The notes under the pieces are model-generated. The model ran no database searches. It saw only the letters and a program-made list of their open reading frames with translations, and was not told where the DNA came from. The translations under genes were made by a program, and so were the position numbers. A DNA stretch of 64,000 bases, from the NCBI RefSeq assembly GCF_006345805.1, contig NC_043001.1:110360001-110424000 (forward strand), in the 5' to 3' direction. The stretch is from Octopus sinensis (lineage: Eukaryota). This document shows, piece by piece, positions 1 through 13,056 of this stretch; position 1 is the stretch's first letter, and each line of letters begins with the position of its first letter.

Positions 1-207
1 TTCCATTTTAATGCATTTTTTCGGTACTATATAAGGGAAGTAACTCTCTAAAAATGTCTACGATGAGTCGCGATTTAAAAAAAAATTACCATAATTTTTT
101 TTCCATTTTTAATGCATTTTTTGGCTATATTTTGGCTATAACTCTCTAAAAATGCTTATATAGTTATTTCCCTTACAAACCCGAGCAACGCCGGGCGATA
201 CTGCTAG
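1..207 (+). mobile_element. Non-autonomous Helitron, 3' end (truncated by window start)
   Basis: Subterminal GC hairpin CCCGAGCAACGCCGGG (180-195), then CGATACTG-CTAG (CTAG 204-207) followed by T. The same terminus occurs at 11987-12014 and, inverted, at 18412-18440. Confidence 0.8.
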
Positions 208-334
208 TGTATATATAAACGTTTACATACGTAAGCACAGATAAATATGACTATTTGTAGGTAATTAAACATACATATTAATGAACTTATACATACACAA
301 GTTCAAGCACTTTAGCTATATATACGCTGATACA

Positions 335-336
335 TC

Positions 337-402
<66 letters not shown>

Positions 403-431
403 AATCTATCTATCTTTCTATCTATTTATCT
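335..431. repeat. (TATC)n microsatellite
   Basis: Direct tandem TATC units; source of the IYLS ORF 281..637. Confidence 0.95.
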
Positions 432-1095
432 ACCGTCAATATTGTCACGCCTCCTTCCTTCAAACGGGAAGGAAGAGCTATTTTCATCATCCTTGTGGCT
501 ATGTCGAAAGAATGTATCTGGTGGACGCGTCTGAAAGGATTGGAGACAAACACTTTTCTCTCTGGTCAATCTCTCACCAACTTCTTCAAGTATCACTTGA
601 AGAGGAAAGTGAGAGTAGAGAAGCAAGTTTTGTCTAGCGAATGTTTTAAAAACAGATGGGTGAATGTAGCAGGCATGGGACGTATGAATGACGAAGCCAC
701 CTTGACTCTGATCCTATGAACCCGGAAATTTAAAACAGAGGGTTACCTACTTGCAAGCAAATGTGGTAACATGTAACAATATTGACCGAGGTTATCGTGG
801 TCTTTTCCGTAGGCTTTTCTTCCCACGGATAAACCTTATCTGCTTCCCCCTTTAAACCTTACATCATGACACTGTGATACACGATCCCTATTGATCGTTT
901 TCCTTTTTTTCTTTTTTTTTCTTATTTTCTTCTTTTTTCTTTTTTCGTTTCTTTTGTTTCTTTTCTTTTTTTTTCTTCTTTCCCTTTTACGATCCCTTTT
1001 GATCGAAAACCTACCTCACATTTTCCCCCCAAAAAGATAGCTCTACTTTGTAACCTGTTCCGTCTGTGTGCAGCCCTGTGTGACCAATAAAGAAA
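432..1095 (+). mobile_element. L1/Tx1-clade LINE, 5'-truncated: ORF2 C-terminus plus 3' UTR
   Basis: ORF 495..719 (KECIWWTRLK...FFKYHLKRKVRVEKQVLSSECFKNRW) resembles the C-terminal tail of Tx1-like ORF2 proteins. It is followed by a T-rich UTR and AATAAA at 1086-1091, and is flanked by (TATC)n on both sides. Confidence 0.6.
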
Positions 1096-1119
1096 CATAT
1101 TTACTTATTATCTGTCTGC

Positions 1120-1209
<90 letters not shown>

Positions 1210-1223
1210 CTATCTATCTACCT

Positions 1224-1554
1224 GTCAGTTTCACAAGACCTACTTGAATGTGTTGAAAACGATGAAATGATTTTGGAAGCTTTGCATAGAACTCTGAGGA
1301 AGAATCGCCAAGCTTTTGACAAAATTTGATGCAGATTCTCTGCTCAGCCTTCTGTGTCATGGTGAGTGCGACGATCACATGCTACACTCGTTCCTTTCAA
1401 GCACTACTGTACACAGCTGAAGCGAGCTAGAATATTAAAACTTAGTGCGCATTCACAGCAGAGAGGAAGCTCAATCTGTGAGAGAGGGTTATATTTATCG
1501 TGCTTTAGCTTTGTTACTATGATAACAGTCCGGATATTTATTGATCAGACCACG
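1224..1554 (-). mobile_element. Mariner-derived non-autonomous element, partial copy
   Basis: The end matches the TIR of the 31794-32628 element (CAGTCCGGATATTTATTGATCAGACCACG) and is followed by TA at 1555-1556. The minus strand encodes MTQKAEQRICIKFCQKLG, a mariner transposase N-terminus. Confidence 0.8.
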
Positions 1555-2189
1555 TAGACTGAAACTTACAAGTATACATCACCATACACACGCTTCTCTC
1601 ATACCCCTTTTCTGTGTGTGTATGTATGTAATTATTATATATATATATATATCTATATATATATAGATATATAATATATATATATATATATATCTTGTGG
1701 GTTATTAACAACAACCGAACTAATACAAAAATTGTACACCACTGACATATAACCGGAATCGATATGTGAATATATATATATATTATATATATATATATAT
1801 ACATTATATGTATATTAATTTTGGGTATTGATCCGTTTCCGTCTTTATAATCTACATAATTTAATATCAAATATTCTGACTGTCGGAAAGTTTATCTGTA
1901 GGTTATATTTATCGACTTCATTAACTACGAATATCTCTTGATTTTTTTTGTCTCACTTTTTCATCACCGAAGGAAAAATTTTCCTATCGACCGTGGATAT
2001 TGGCTTCTATAAACATTCATAATTTCTATCCTTGTCTGCCGATATATCTGTATCTATGATCTATCTATCTACCTCCCAGTATCTCTTCTGTCTCTCTCTC
2101 TGTCTCTCTCTCTGCCTCTCTCTCTCTGTCTCTCTCTCTGTCTCTCTCTCTGTCTCATCTCTCTCTCTCTCTCTCTCTGTATATATGTA

Positions 2190-2233
<44 letters not shown>

Positions 2234-2256
2234 TATATATATAATATATATATTAT

Positions 2257-2440
2257 GGTGATAATTTAACCAAAAACAAAAGACGAAGAGGGCTGTGTAA
2301 ACAACAAACCGATGTATTTGTTTAACGCTCGGGAAGTGAGAAAGTCTTTTACGTTTCGAACCTACGCTCTTCGACAGCAAGGAACACAGAAATAAACATA
2401 GAGAGAAAATAGAAAGGGTTAGTGGCTAGCCAGCAATCAT
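2257..2440 (-). mobile_element. Solo Penelope-type pseudo-LTR carrying a minimal hammerhead-like motif
   Basis: Minus strand 2346-2382 reads CTGTCGA-A-GAGC-GTAG-GTTC-GAA-ACGT-A-AAAG. Homologous to 12427-12603 and 5393-5500; inserted next to (TA)n. Confidence 0.6.
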
Positions 2441-2568
2441 ATAGATATATATAATCTGCATATTTATTTATATTTATGTATTCGTTATTTCTTAGTATGT
2501 CTACACATCTATATATCTGTATACAGGTATACTATTCTAGCGAACTATGCTTGTCTTTGAATATGTGC

Positions 2569-2603
<35 letters not shown>

Positions 2604-3473
2604 TGTATGTGTGAATAATCATAGAAGAGATATACAAATTTTGAACGAAAACGGTTATCATTTCAGGAGGTAACAAGCGATTAATTGATATATGAGTTAG
2701 AAAAAAAAAAGGAGGTAAATTTGCTTCGTGCCATATTTTACAGTTTTCTGTCTATATATATTGATAAATGAAACAATAATGACGAATGAATGTTTATAAT
2801 GTAAATATATATGCGAAATGACTGCAATAGAATGAGATCTAAGCTTTTGCTTGTTTACATTTACCAAAAGAAAAGAAAAGAAAAAAATTCTGAGAGGTAA
2901 ATTGGCTGAGTTTGTCCTTTATCATTCATTAAGATATGTTATTTGTGAGTTGTCATCCTCATTTTCATGTGTTCATTTTTTATGAGATTTTCAAACTCAT
3001 TTTGTTTCGAAGTGTCCTTGATACTGAGGTTATATTTCATGTGTTTGATACAACGTACAGGATAATTGATAAAGTGATGCACATAGATTAATCGAACATT
3101 TTTAGCGAAACATTCTCTCTATGCTTCCATTATCTGTAGTCCATTATAAGCTGCTGGTATTCGTACCTGCTGCATGATTTGATGACCCCCCTCTCCAAAA
3201 AACCCCACAAACTCTAATGTATTTCTTCGGAGAATCCTATTTTGTTGGATTTCTCATGGTTATGTACTGCGATAGAAATGCCTGCATAAGGGAAAGCCTG
3301 GTGCGCATATCACGGGATAATGTCGTTAAGTAATCTAATGCCATTCCTGAGCAGACAGACCAAATCTATAATTAAAGGTACTGCAGCTATAAGTAGGATT
3401 AAAGCTACTGTGGTTATATCTGAGCGTCTTTTTAATTTTATTTTAACAGTTATTTTATTTATGCACCCTGTTC

Positions 3474-3768
3474 AAGCCTAGCCAGGCTCATGGGCTCGGT
3501 TTCCTGGTTTCTGTGGCGTATGTGTGTGTCCTCACCAGCTGGACGGGACGCCAGTCCATCGCAGCATTACTCAAGAAACAGGAAGAAAGAGTGAGAGAAA
3601 GTTGGGGGTGAAAGAGTACAATAGGGTTCGCCATCACCTCCTGCCGGAGCCTCATGCAGCTTTAGGCGTTTTCGCTCAATAGACACACACAGCGCCCGGT
3701 CTGGGAATCGAAACCGTGACCCTCGGCCCGCGAGTCCGCTACCCTACCCACTGGGCCATTGCGCTTCT
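3474..3768 (-). mobile_element. tRNA-derived SINE, family D
   Basis: The minus strand has a tRNA-like head (A-box TGGCCCAGTGG, B-box-like GGTTTCGATTCCC) and a CTGCGATGGACTGGCGTCCCGTCCAG motif. Homologues at 20864-21160 and 47155-47453. Confidence 0.8.
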
Positions 3769-4513
3769 ATTTTTTTCCAGTTATAATATATTACAAATTT
3801 AGTAATGCGTCTATATATCGTTCCATATATTTATATACGACTCAACGAAAAAGTAAGTATTAGCCTCATCACTTGACCTTCGAAAACTAACAGCTAAACG
3901 TCCCTCAAATTATTTTCTCTTGTCTGAATTAAGGAAGGATACATGTGGTAGTACACGCGTCCACAAAATGGGATTGTCAAAACTGGCATACGTATGATCA
4001 TAAGGCTGGCATGAGTCTAATAAACAACGACGATACAAGCAGCAACGACAAAATATCACAAAATAGCACAAACGACAACAGCCATTTCACGAATGGAGAA
4101 AACAAAGCCACTTTGACAATACATATAACGTACACAAAAAAAAAAAAACTCAGTAAATTCTAGTTGTACCATAAGCAACAAACATTTTAAAGCGTTTTCA
4201 ACTTTTAACACCATTAAACAATTGGAACTAACAGTATTTGAATAATGATAAGAGTGTCAGCAGCAATGTGCAAATATCCTGGCCGAGATATAAATAAATA
4301 TAGAAATTTTAAAGAATTAGAATGGAAAAAAAATACCAGCAAAAACTTAAATATAATTATATATACGTTACAGTAAACTTGAAGAACGTCCGCAAGATTC
4401 TATTATTTAAAGATATGATTCTCAACAATGGTACCAAAGAGAATACGAAGTAAGTGTGCCCTTACATACAACATACATACACACTTATATATACCCACAA
4501 ACACATAGATACA

Positions 4514-4598
<85 letters not shown>

Positions 4599-4713
4599 AT
4601 ATATACGTATAATATATACACACATAAACTCAGGCACACATACAAAGTGATATACAAGGCCGTGATAAACACATACCCAGAGTGGAACAAGTCGATGACT
4701 GAATATATATATG

Positions 4714-4756
<43 letters not shown>

Positions 4757-4816
4757 ATATAGATATATATAATACATATAGATATATATATATATATATT
4801 ATATATATATTATATA

Positions 4817-4861
<45 letters not shown>

Positions 4862-4904
4862 ATTTATGTATATATATATGTATATATATATGTATATATT
4901 ATAC

Positions 4905-4943
<39 letters not shown>

Positions 4944-5392
4944 CAGATAGACACATACAAAATCATAACATATGAAGCCGAGAGAGTAAGAAGGAAAGAA
5001 AGAAAGAAAGAAAGAAAAAAAGAAAGAAAGAAAGAACGAAAGAAAGAAAGAAGAGAAACTGAGTATTGTTGAAGTTGCAGTCATTTGGGCGTCAGAGAGA
5101 ATAACATGCTGCATATGTAGCTAGTTTTGTCTTTCTGCATACAAAACACTCGCGGATGAAGGCAGAAATATAGAATGATGGATTCATAGTAAAAATTTAA
5201 AACGTCCCAATGAGAGCAATTTCATCTAGAGTTCAAATTTATCTATGGCCTACCAAAACGGTAAAAGGCTGAGTTCGAGGGGCAAGTGCCTAAATATTTC
5301 ATCAGTTAGTTGTTTGCCCGTTCAAAGAAAGTAGATGGAAGCGTCAAACACAATGGAATTTCAGTGGCAAGATGTAGATCGCTAACCACTAC

Positions 5393-5500
5393 GCATTCTT
5401 TATTTTCTCTCCTTGTTTCCTCCTGTGTTCCTTTCTGTGGAGAGCGTAGGCTCAAAGCATTAAAACCTTTTCATTTCACACAAGTGTTACGACTCTCATA
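5393..5500 (+). mobile_element. Degenerate Penelope-type pseudo-LTR directly upstream of a PLE ORF
   Basis: CCTTTCTGTGGAGAGCGTAGGCTCAAAG is homologous to the hammerhead-like units at 2346-2382 and 12520-12554. Confidence 0.55.
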
Positions 5501-7200
5501 AAGATATCTCCAGATGTCTGCGTGTCCTCAGTAAAATCAGTACTTGCAAACTCTCCAACGATCTCACAGGTTGTGTAGCGGGTAGTATGGATGTCATTTC
5601 ACTCTACCCATCTATAGACATAGATTTTGCTGTGGAGAAATGCATTGAGGTAATCTGTGAGAGTGAAGTAGAGTTCCGTGAGGTCAACACGAGGGAACTG
5701 GGCCTCCTCCTTAGACTAAGCTACGACAGTGATTATTTAGACGACCGTGACATCAATAGATTCTACATCACCTGGTCGCAGAGGGGAAGACCAGCCACAA
5801 TCACCTCAGCAGTGAATAAAAGCACCACTCCAGAGCGCTGGAGTAACTGGACCGTATCCATCCAAGACACTGAGAACAAAAATCAGGTGAAAGAAATGCT
5901 TGCATATGCAATAGGGGCCAGTGTAAGAACCAATTTGAAGAACCACATGGTAAATTTTAACAAAAACACTATACTCGCAGGTTCAAGGTGCAGCCATTGG
6001 TGTCGGTGTAGCTGGAGATGTGGCCGCCCTCTTCATGACCTGGTGCGGCAGAAAACTTAAGCAATTCTTACCAGAACAGTACATAACTCTTCTGCTCTAC
6101 AGTAGGTATGTAGGTGACATTAATATCATAGTTAAGACGGACTCTAGTAACGGTAATTTAGAAACTGATAGGAGCGTAATGGAGAGCATCCAGCAAGTAA
6201 CTAACTCCACCCACCTAAGTATCAAAGTAATTATAGATTACCCCACTACGCCCCCCCCCCACCAACAATAGAATTCCCGTCCTTGATACTGAACTTTGAT
6301 TAAAGACTGAACAATAGAGTGCAGCTCCTTCACTCCTATTACATGAAACTCATAGCTTCGAAATATATTGTTCCCAAGAACTCAGCTTTGTCTCACAACA
6401 TGAAAATTAACATACTGATAGCAAACTTAGGACAACGAACAAAGTGTCCCCACTATGAAAACTCTATGAAACGAATATACTTGTACGGAGCTTCATGCCC
6501 CGCATGCAATTCTCTGGATATGATCAGAAAGATAGGGTTCGAGTATACAAGGGCACTAGAAAGAAATTAGAGAACGTTATATGAAATGATACCAGTGGTA
6601 CCTGTCCTAGATATAGAGACAAAGAATGGAATAGGATACAAAGAACTTGTGTCAAAGCAAACAGGATGAACACGTGGTATAAAACCGACAAATATCAAAG
6701 AGTGGTGTTTGTAGAGGCCATAGCTCATTGAGAACTAGGCCGTAGCTTTAGGAAAGCTCTGAATGAGACCAAACTCAACATTAAGATTGCTGAAAAACCA
6801 GGAAACTCCATCAGATCAGAACTATGTAGGACATATCACTTTGAGAATACCATATGCACCAATGATAACTGCGTGGTATGTAGGATTAACCCAGGCATTA
6901 ACCGTAGAACTAGAAATGTAGTTTCCAGCATAAGATGCATAGAATGTGCTTGTAAAGACATGAACATGATATACATAGGGGAGACATGTGGGAGCATTGC
7001 AAAACGATTAAATGAACATTTGAGACAATATGACGACAAATAACAGTCCTCCATACTCTACAAGCATGCCAAGGACCAGCATGGAGACAACCTGGGTCAA
7101 CTTGACATCCGCATTTTATCCAAACACCCAAAGGACCCAACACTCAGACAAATACAGCAGTACGTCCTCATAAATGAAACTTCTCCAATACAAAATAGGA
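5500..7200 (+). pseudogene. Penelope-like element RT + GIY-YIG endonuclease, frameshifted and 5'-truncated
   Basis: RT motifs across frames: GSMDVISLYPSID (motif A), QGAAIGVGVAGDVAALFM (motif B), YSRYVGDI (degenerate YVDD), PVLDT, YYMK...SALS. Then CTNDNCVVC linker and IYIGETCGSIAKRLNEH...ILYKHAKDQH (GIY-YIG) at about 6850-7100. Multiple stops and frameshifts. Confidence 0.9.
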
Positions 7201-7585
7201 AATATACATAGTAGATATCATACCCACAGTTCATACAGGTTGCGTAGAATAGTTAATGGGCTGTTATGTAGATAGATGTATGTGTGTGTGTGTGTGTGTG
7301 TATCCATATGTATATAAGCATATGGATATGAAAGTAGACAGATAGACATACAGATGGATAGGTACATATGTTATATGAACAGAAAAGCACACATACACAA
7401 ATGAAGACTGAATCACATGACCATATATAAACACACACTTTGCTTCACACAAGGACACATAGGAGACACACATCCATACATACAAACACCGTGCACAGTT
7501 GCAAAAAAGCCTATACAAACACACACACACACACTCAGACATTCACACACAAGGAGACACAGGTATACATACACACTATACATAA

Positions 7586-7817
7586 GGCAGCGAGCTGGCA
7601 GAAACGTTAGCACGCCGGGCGAAATGCTTAGCGGTATTTCGTCTGCCGTTACGTTGTGAGTTCAAATTCCGCCGAGGTCGACTTTGCCTTTCATCCTTTC
7701 GGGGGTCGATAAATTAAGTACCAGTTACGCACTGGGGTCGATGTAATCGACTTAATACCTATGTCTGTCTTTGTTTGTCCCCTCTGTGTTTAGCCCCTTG
7801 TGGGTAATAAAGAAATA
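7586..7817 (+). mobile_element. tRNA-derived SINE, family C, full length
   Basis: Head GGCAGCGAGCTGGCAGAA...GAGTTCAAATTCC; central GTCGACTTTGCCTTTCATCCTTTCGGGGGTCGATAAATTAAGTACCAG, which resembles the MetaSINE-type domain (from memory, unverified); tail ends AATAAAGAAAT. Other copies at 40727-40949, 46825-46975, 47040-47520, 54860-55045, 59830-59920 and 17660-17860. Confidence 0.85.
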
Positions 7818-8169
7818 GGTATACATACACACAAATGTACACCCATACATATATACATATGCACACACATACATGCATACACACACATGCATGCACACAC
7901 ACACACACACATACTGACCTACACGCATGCGCACAAGCAAAAAGAAAAAAGAACGCAGTGTAATAACGGTCAAAGTCAACAACTATTGAAAAGGTTGGAA
8001 GACGCAACGAAAATTTTAGAAAAATAAAGAAGGAATGAGTGGAAATTTTACCGGTGTGTGTGTTAAATTATAAGGCACTAAAAGAGAATGTCTCTCCCCA
8101 GACACAACAGACTATGCTTCAGCACACGAACTCACATATAGAATCTTCCAAACCAAATCCCAAAACGAA

Positions 8170-8202
<33 letters not shown>

Positions 8203-9084
8203 TTGCATGCAAGCACACCTATGTACACGCATACATACCTACATACATACTTACATTCATTCATACATATATAATTCATACATTCATATATACATACATG
8301 AATGCATACATTATCTATATCATTGAGTACAAATTCATAAACACCGTCCTTTCTAATTGCATGTGACGGGAAAACCAAATATAAATTTATATTTAAGTTG
8401 CAAGCTTTCATATGTACATATACACACGTATGAAATACACGTACTTCCTTACAGATAAAAGAAGTGAATAGCTACATAAATAGATGAAAACATACACAAA
8501 TGCGCACATGCATACACATACAAGCAGATATGATCACGTGTATTTTTACGTCTATGCCATACAGAGTAGGCACGTTTAATGTATTTCGATGCTAATCATT
8601 ACATATATTCTAAAGACGAATTCTTGCTAATATCAGATATGCTTATCTATTGTACGAGCTCGTGTTGTACATACAAGTACGCGCATGTATATAAGTGTAT
8701 ATATGTATGCATGTATATATATAAATATGTGTGTATTTGTATCCATACGCCATCTGACCGAAAAGAAATACGTGAGACATATTGTGTTAAAACTGAATCA
8801 CAAAATTGAAACAAAGGTAAATATAATAAAAGTATATATATATATACATACATACATATATATATATATACATGCATGAATATATATGTATATATATATA
8901 TACATACATATATATATATACATACATGAATATATATGTGTATATATATATACGTATACATATGTGCATGTATATATATACATACATATATGTATATATA
9001 TATATTTATTTATTTATATATATGTATATATGTATACGTATATGTATTTACATATCACAATTTATAGACATACGTATTTATGCA

Positions 9085-9153
<69 letters not shown>

Positions 9154-9285
9154 AATATGCATACATACGTATGTCTATAAATTGTGATGGGGGATGGTTG
9201 AGCTGACGTCGAAAAGTTAAAACATACGAAATACTAAGGTTATGGAAACAAAAATAGTAACGAAAAACATAAAAAACGCTCGTTG

Positions 9286-9349
<64 letters not shown>

Positions 9350-9380
9350 TGATAATAATAATAACAATGATAATAATAAC

Positions 9381-9430
<50 letters not shown>

Positions 9431-9504
9431 TAATAATGATAATAATAACAAGAACAAAACTACCTCCACCACCATCAATAACAACAACAAGGATGATAAT
9501 AATG

Positions 9505-9550
<46 letters not shown>

Positions 9551-9560
9551 TAATAACAAT
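9286..9560. repeat. (AAT)n compound microsatellite
   Basis: Tandem AAT/AAC/GAT; source of the poly-I and poly-L ORFs. Confidence 0.95.
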
Positions 9561-9926
9561 GTGAGTATAATAAAAGCAATAACAGGAAAAGTAACATAGC
9601 GAAGCCTTGGCATCCATAATAGCAACAACAATAATGTGTGCACCGAAAATAGACTGTGAGTGAAGTATGGTGTCAGTGGTGTCAAATGTCCTCATAACAA
9701 ATATGCTATTGTCAAGGATATTGCAACACTAAGAAACCTGTATGTAATATACGTACAAACACATCGCCGCACTGCCACCCACCCACACACACACACATAC
9801 ACACACGCACACATACACACGAAAGAATAGAAACGCATAAAGACACACATATAAGCAAGTGGCTGTGTAAGTATGCGCATAGCATTATCTGTCCATTCAA
9901 AGCAACCGTAAGAAACCTACTATATA

Positions 9927-9991
<65 letters not shown>

Positions 9992-9993
9992 TG

Positions 9994-10024
<31 letters not shown>

Positions 10025-10514
10025 TTATACATATACATACATGCTCACACACACACACAAACACGCACACATACACACACACACATATATATATATTCCT
10101 CTATGTATATACGCATCTATGTCGCTGAATTCCTTGTATATTTTGAATACTTAATGCCATCTGTTATTTAGCCTATATATTTTAGCCTATATTTAGCCTA
10201 TATTTTTAGACCCTGTGTCTTATTGCTGAATTGTTTTATATCCTATTTTGTTTAAACTATTTTCTCTCGTTTCTTTCATTTTAGTTGGATAATTTCTTTG
10301 GAAACATTCTTGATATTTCCGTATTTTGTGGTTGAGTTATGCAGACAAATTTTACATTGCTTAATTCGGAACTCGTTAACTAAGCGAGAAGAATCTTAAG
10401 AATACATAACATTACTAAGAGCATTGCTTTTCCATATTAATGCCAAAACTTTTAAATTTTATAAAAAAATATTCCATTCACCATTTCTTTCAGATGATTG
10501 CAATGTAGGTTTCA

Positions 10515-10948
10515 CTCTTTTATCTCTTTTACTTGTTTCAGACATTTGACTGCGGCCATGCTGGATCACCGCTTTTAGTCGAGCAAATCCACCCCAGGAC
10601 TTATTCTTTGTAAGCCTAGTACTTATTCTATCGGCCTCTGTTGGACGTAAACACACCAGCATCGGTTGTCAAGCGATGTTAGGGGGACAAACACAGACAC
10701 AAAAACATACACACACACACACACACACACATATAATATATATATATATATATATATAAACACACCTATACGACGGGCTTCTTTCAGTTTCCGTCTACCA
10801 AATCCACTCACAAGGCTTTGGTCGGCCAACCTTGGGCAAGTGTCTTCTACTATAAGAAAACACTTGCCCGAGGTGCCACGCAGTGGGAATGAACTCGGAA
10901 CTGTGTGATTGGTAAGGAAGCTGCTTACCACACAGCCACTCCTGCGCC
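10515..10948 (-). mobile_element. tRNA-derived SINE, family A (internal TA/TG tract)
   Basis: Reverse complement of the copy at 27961-28430; contains an internal foldback at 10829-10874. Confidence 0.9.
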
Positions 10949-11429
10949 TATGGTTTGTTCGTAACAATTTAATACGTAACTTTCAGAAACGTACCTAAGT
11001 CTCTTCTACAGATTTATTCAGAGCTCAGCTCATTTCCTTTTATATCCTGGTATTCATGAAATAGATTAATAAATTTAATACTCATTTATTGAAATCGAAA
11101 TAAGAGAATTTGCTTCAACCTTTAACCCACCCCCACATACACACATATATGTATAACATATTATGATGTTATGCTAGTATCTAATTTAGATGCATTGTAT
11201 CAAACTATGTCAAAAAGTCTCTAATTACACTAAAAACCTAATTTAATGGATTCTATTTTAGATAATGTCGAAACCATATGAATGACCAGACAGACATTTT
11301 GTTTTTTAACTTTGGAACGAAATGTATTTCTTTAGCTACATATATTGAGGAGTAAATTTAGCTTAAGCTTTAGGCGTGTGACTAGTGAGACTGTAGTTTC
11401 GTGTACAGAATGAAACTAATTGCTATATA

Positions 11430-12014
11430 TCTAAATCTATAAAGATGAAGTTGTCTGTGTGTGTGTGTGTGGCAGGTTTGGTAGCCTTCAACTAACACTA
11501 TCACCTCCGAGACACTGCGGCGCAAGTTGACCGAAATTGAGAGTATGATAGAAGAACGCTCGCTCTTCCTTCCGTAGAAGAAAAAATTGAAATCGGACCA
11601 TGTTTAGACCAAAAATTATTTACATCAAAAGTGTACATTTTTTCCATGAAAATTCCTATTTTTTTACGATTTTTCGACTGCTGTGTCGCCATTTTACTTA
11701 ATGAATACTGTTGCAGTGTTAAGTTCTTAATAGATTTTCAGTGCAGTTCGAAACTTGAGCTTCATTTTGCTTTAAATCTACGAGTAAATTTTTTTCTCCA
11801 TAATGTTAATAGAAGGAATATTAACCAACACTACCAACAATTGAAGTCGGCATTACACATTTGCAGCACATTCAGAGCAAACTCGAGCATCGCCACACTA
11901 TACTTTTATTCATAGATTGAAACTATGTCAAAACTTTGTTAACGCGACATCAAAGTCTGCCGTTTTAAGCACATCTGAAAAACAAACCCGAACAACGCCG
12001 GGTTATACTGCTAG
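11430..12014 (+). mobile_element. Complete non-autonomous Helitron (~585 bp)
   Basis: Starts TCTAAATCTATAAAGATGAAG after an A (11429), ends with hairpin CCCGAACAACGCCGGG then TTATACTG-CTAG, followed by T (12015). This is the canonical A/T insertion with no TSD. Internal (GT)n near the 5' end; homologous to 18412-18803. Confidence 0.85.
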
Positions 12015-12312
12015 TGAATAATAATTTGAAATCGCTGCTCACAGGGACATTATATTCTTGAATGAATAATAGTTGTGGTTCAATATCATGGGAAACTGAA
12101 GGGTTGTTATGAACTGTACCTAAGAGACAGAAATATTAGAAGCATGCATGTTTGTGTGGTTAGAAGTTTTCCATTGCAGTCACTGGTTTTGGATCGCTCT
12201 CATAGCGTGACATAGGCGACGAAAAGCCTTATGGATGATATTTGTTAGCTGTATGAAAAAAAAAGGCATCAAAATTTCTCTTTTCGCATTTAGATCGTTG
12301 ACTTTATCCATT

Positions 12313-12347
12313 AACTGAAAGAAGCCCATCGTATATATGTATATATA

Positions 12348-12416
<69 letters not shown>

Positions 12417-12830
12417 TATATGTATAGGGAGAGTTTACGAAAAAAAACAAAAGACGAAGACAGGTGGTGTACAAAACAAACAGATGTAATAGTATAACGC
12501 TCAAAAATAGAAAAAAGTATTTTACGTTTCGAGCCTACGCTCTTCTACAGAAAGGGACACAGAAAAAACAAGGAGAGAAACAAGGAGAGAAACAAGGAGA
12601 GAAATATATATATATGTGTGTTTGTGTCTGTGTTTGTCCTCCTATCGCTTGACAACTGATGCTTGTGTGTTTATGTCCCCGTAACTTAGCGGTTCGCCAT
12701 AAGGGACCGATAGAATAAGTACTAGGCTTACAAAGAATAAGTCCTGGGGTCGATTTGCTCGACTATATGGCGGTGCTCCAGCATGGCCGCTGTCAAATGA
12801 GTGAAACCAGTAAAAGAGTAAAATGAGTAA
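12313..12830 (+). mobile_element. SINE family A (3' two-thirds), interrupted in its TA tract by a pseudo-LTR
   Basis: AACTGAAAGAAGCCCATCG-(TA)n...GTCAAATGAGTGAAACCAGTAAAAGAG; foreign insert at 12427-12603. Confidence 0.85.
12427..12603 (-). mobile_element. Solo Penelope-type pseudo-LTR with hammerhead-like motif
   Basis: Minus strand 12520-12554 reads TTT-CTGTAGA-A-GAGC-GTAG-GCTC-GAA-ACGT-A-AAA; homologous to 2257-2440. Confidence 0.65.
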
Positions 12831-13056
12831 CTGGAAGACATGGTGCATGGCTTTTACTTAACGCTATAAAGATTCTGCAAGACTGACATAAGTTTTTAAA
12901 TTTAAATCAAGGCAAGTCATTTTGAATGGGAGTGGGGTAATCTACATCTTTTTTTATCAACTTCGAAATCGGCGACATTTGAACTCAAGAGCCTGAATAA
13001 TACAAAGCATTTAATTCGATGCTTTCAGGATTATAACAGTCGACTGCACAGAAGAT

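Noticed and set aside
1955-2000. Hairpin GGAAAAATTTTCC in a pseudo-LTR-like context as a possible hammerhead
   Set aside because: Neither core strand (CUGANGA, GAAA) is recognisable.
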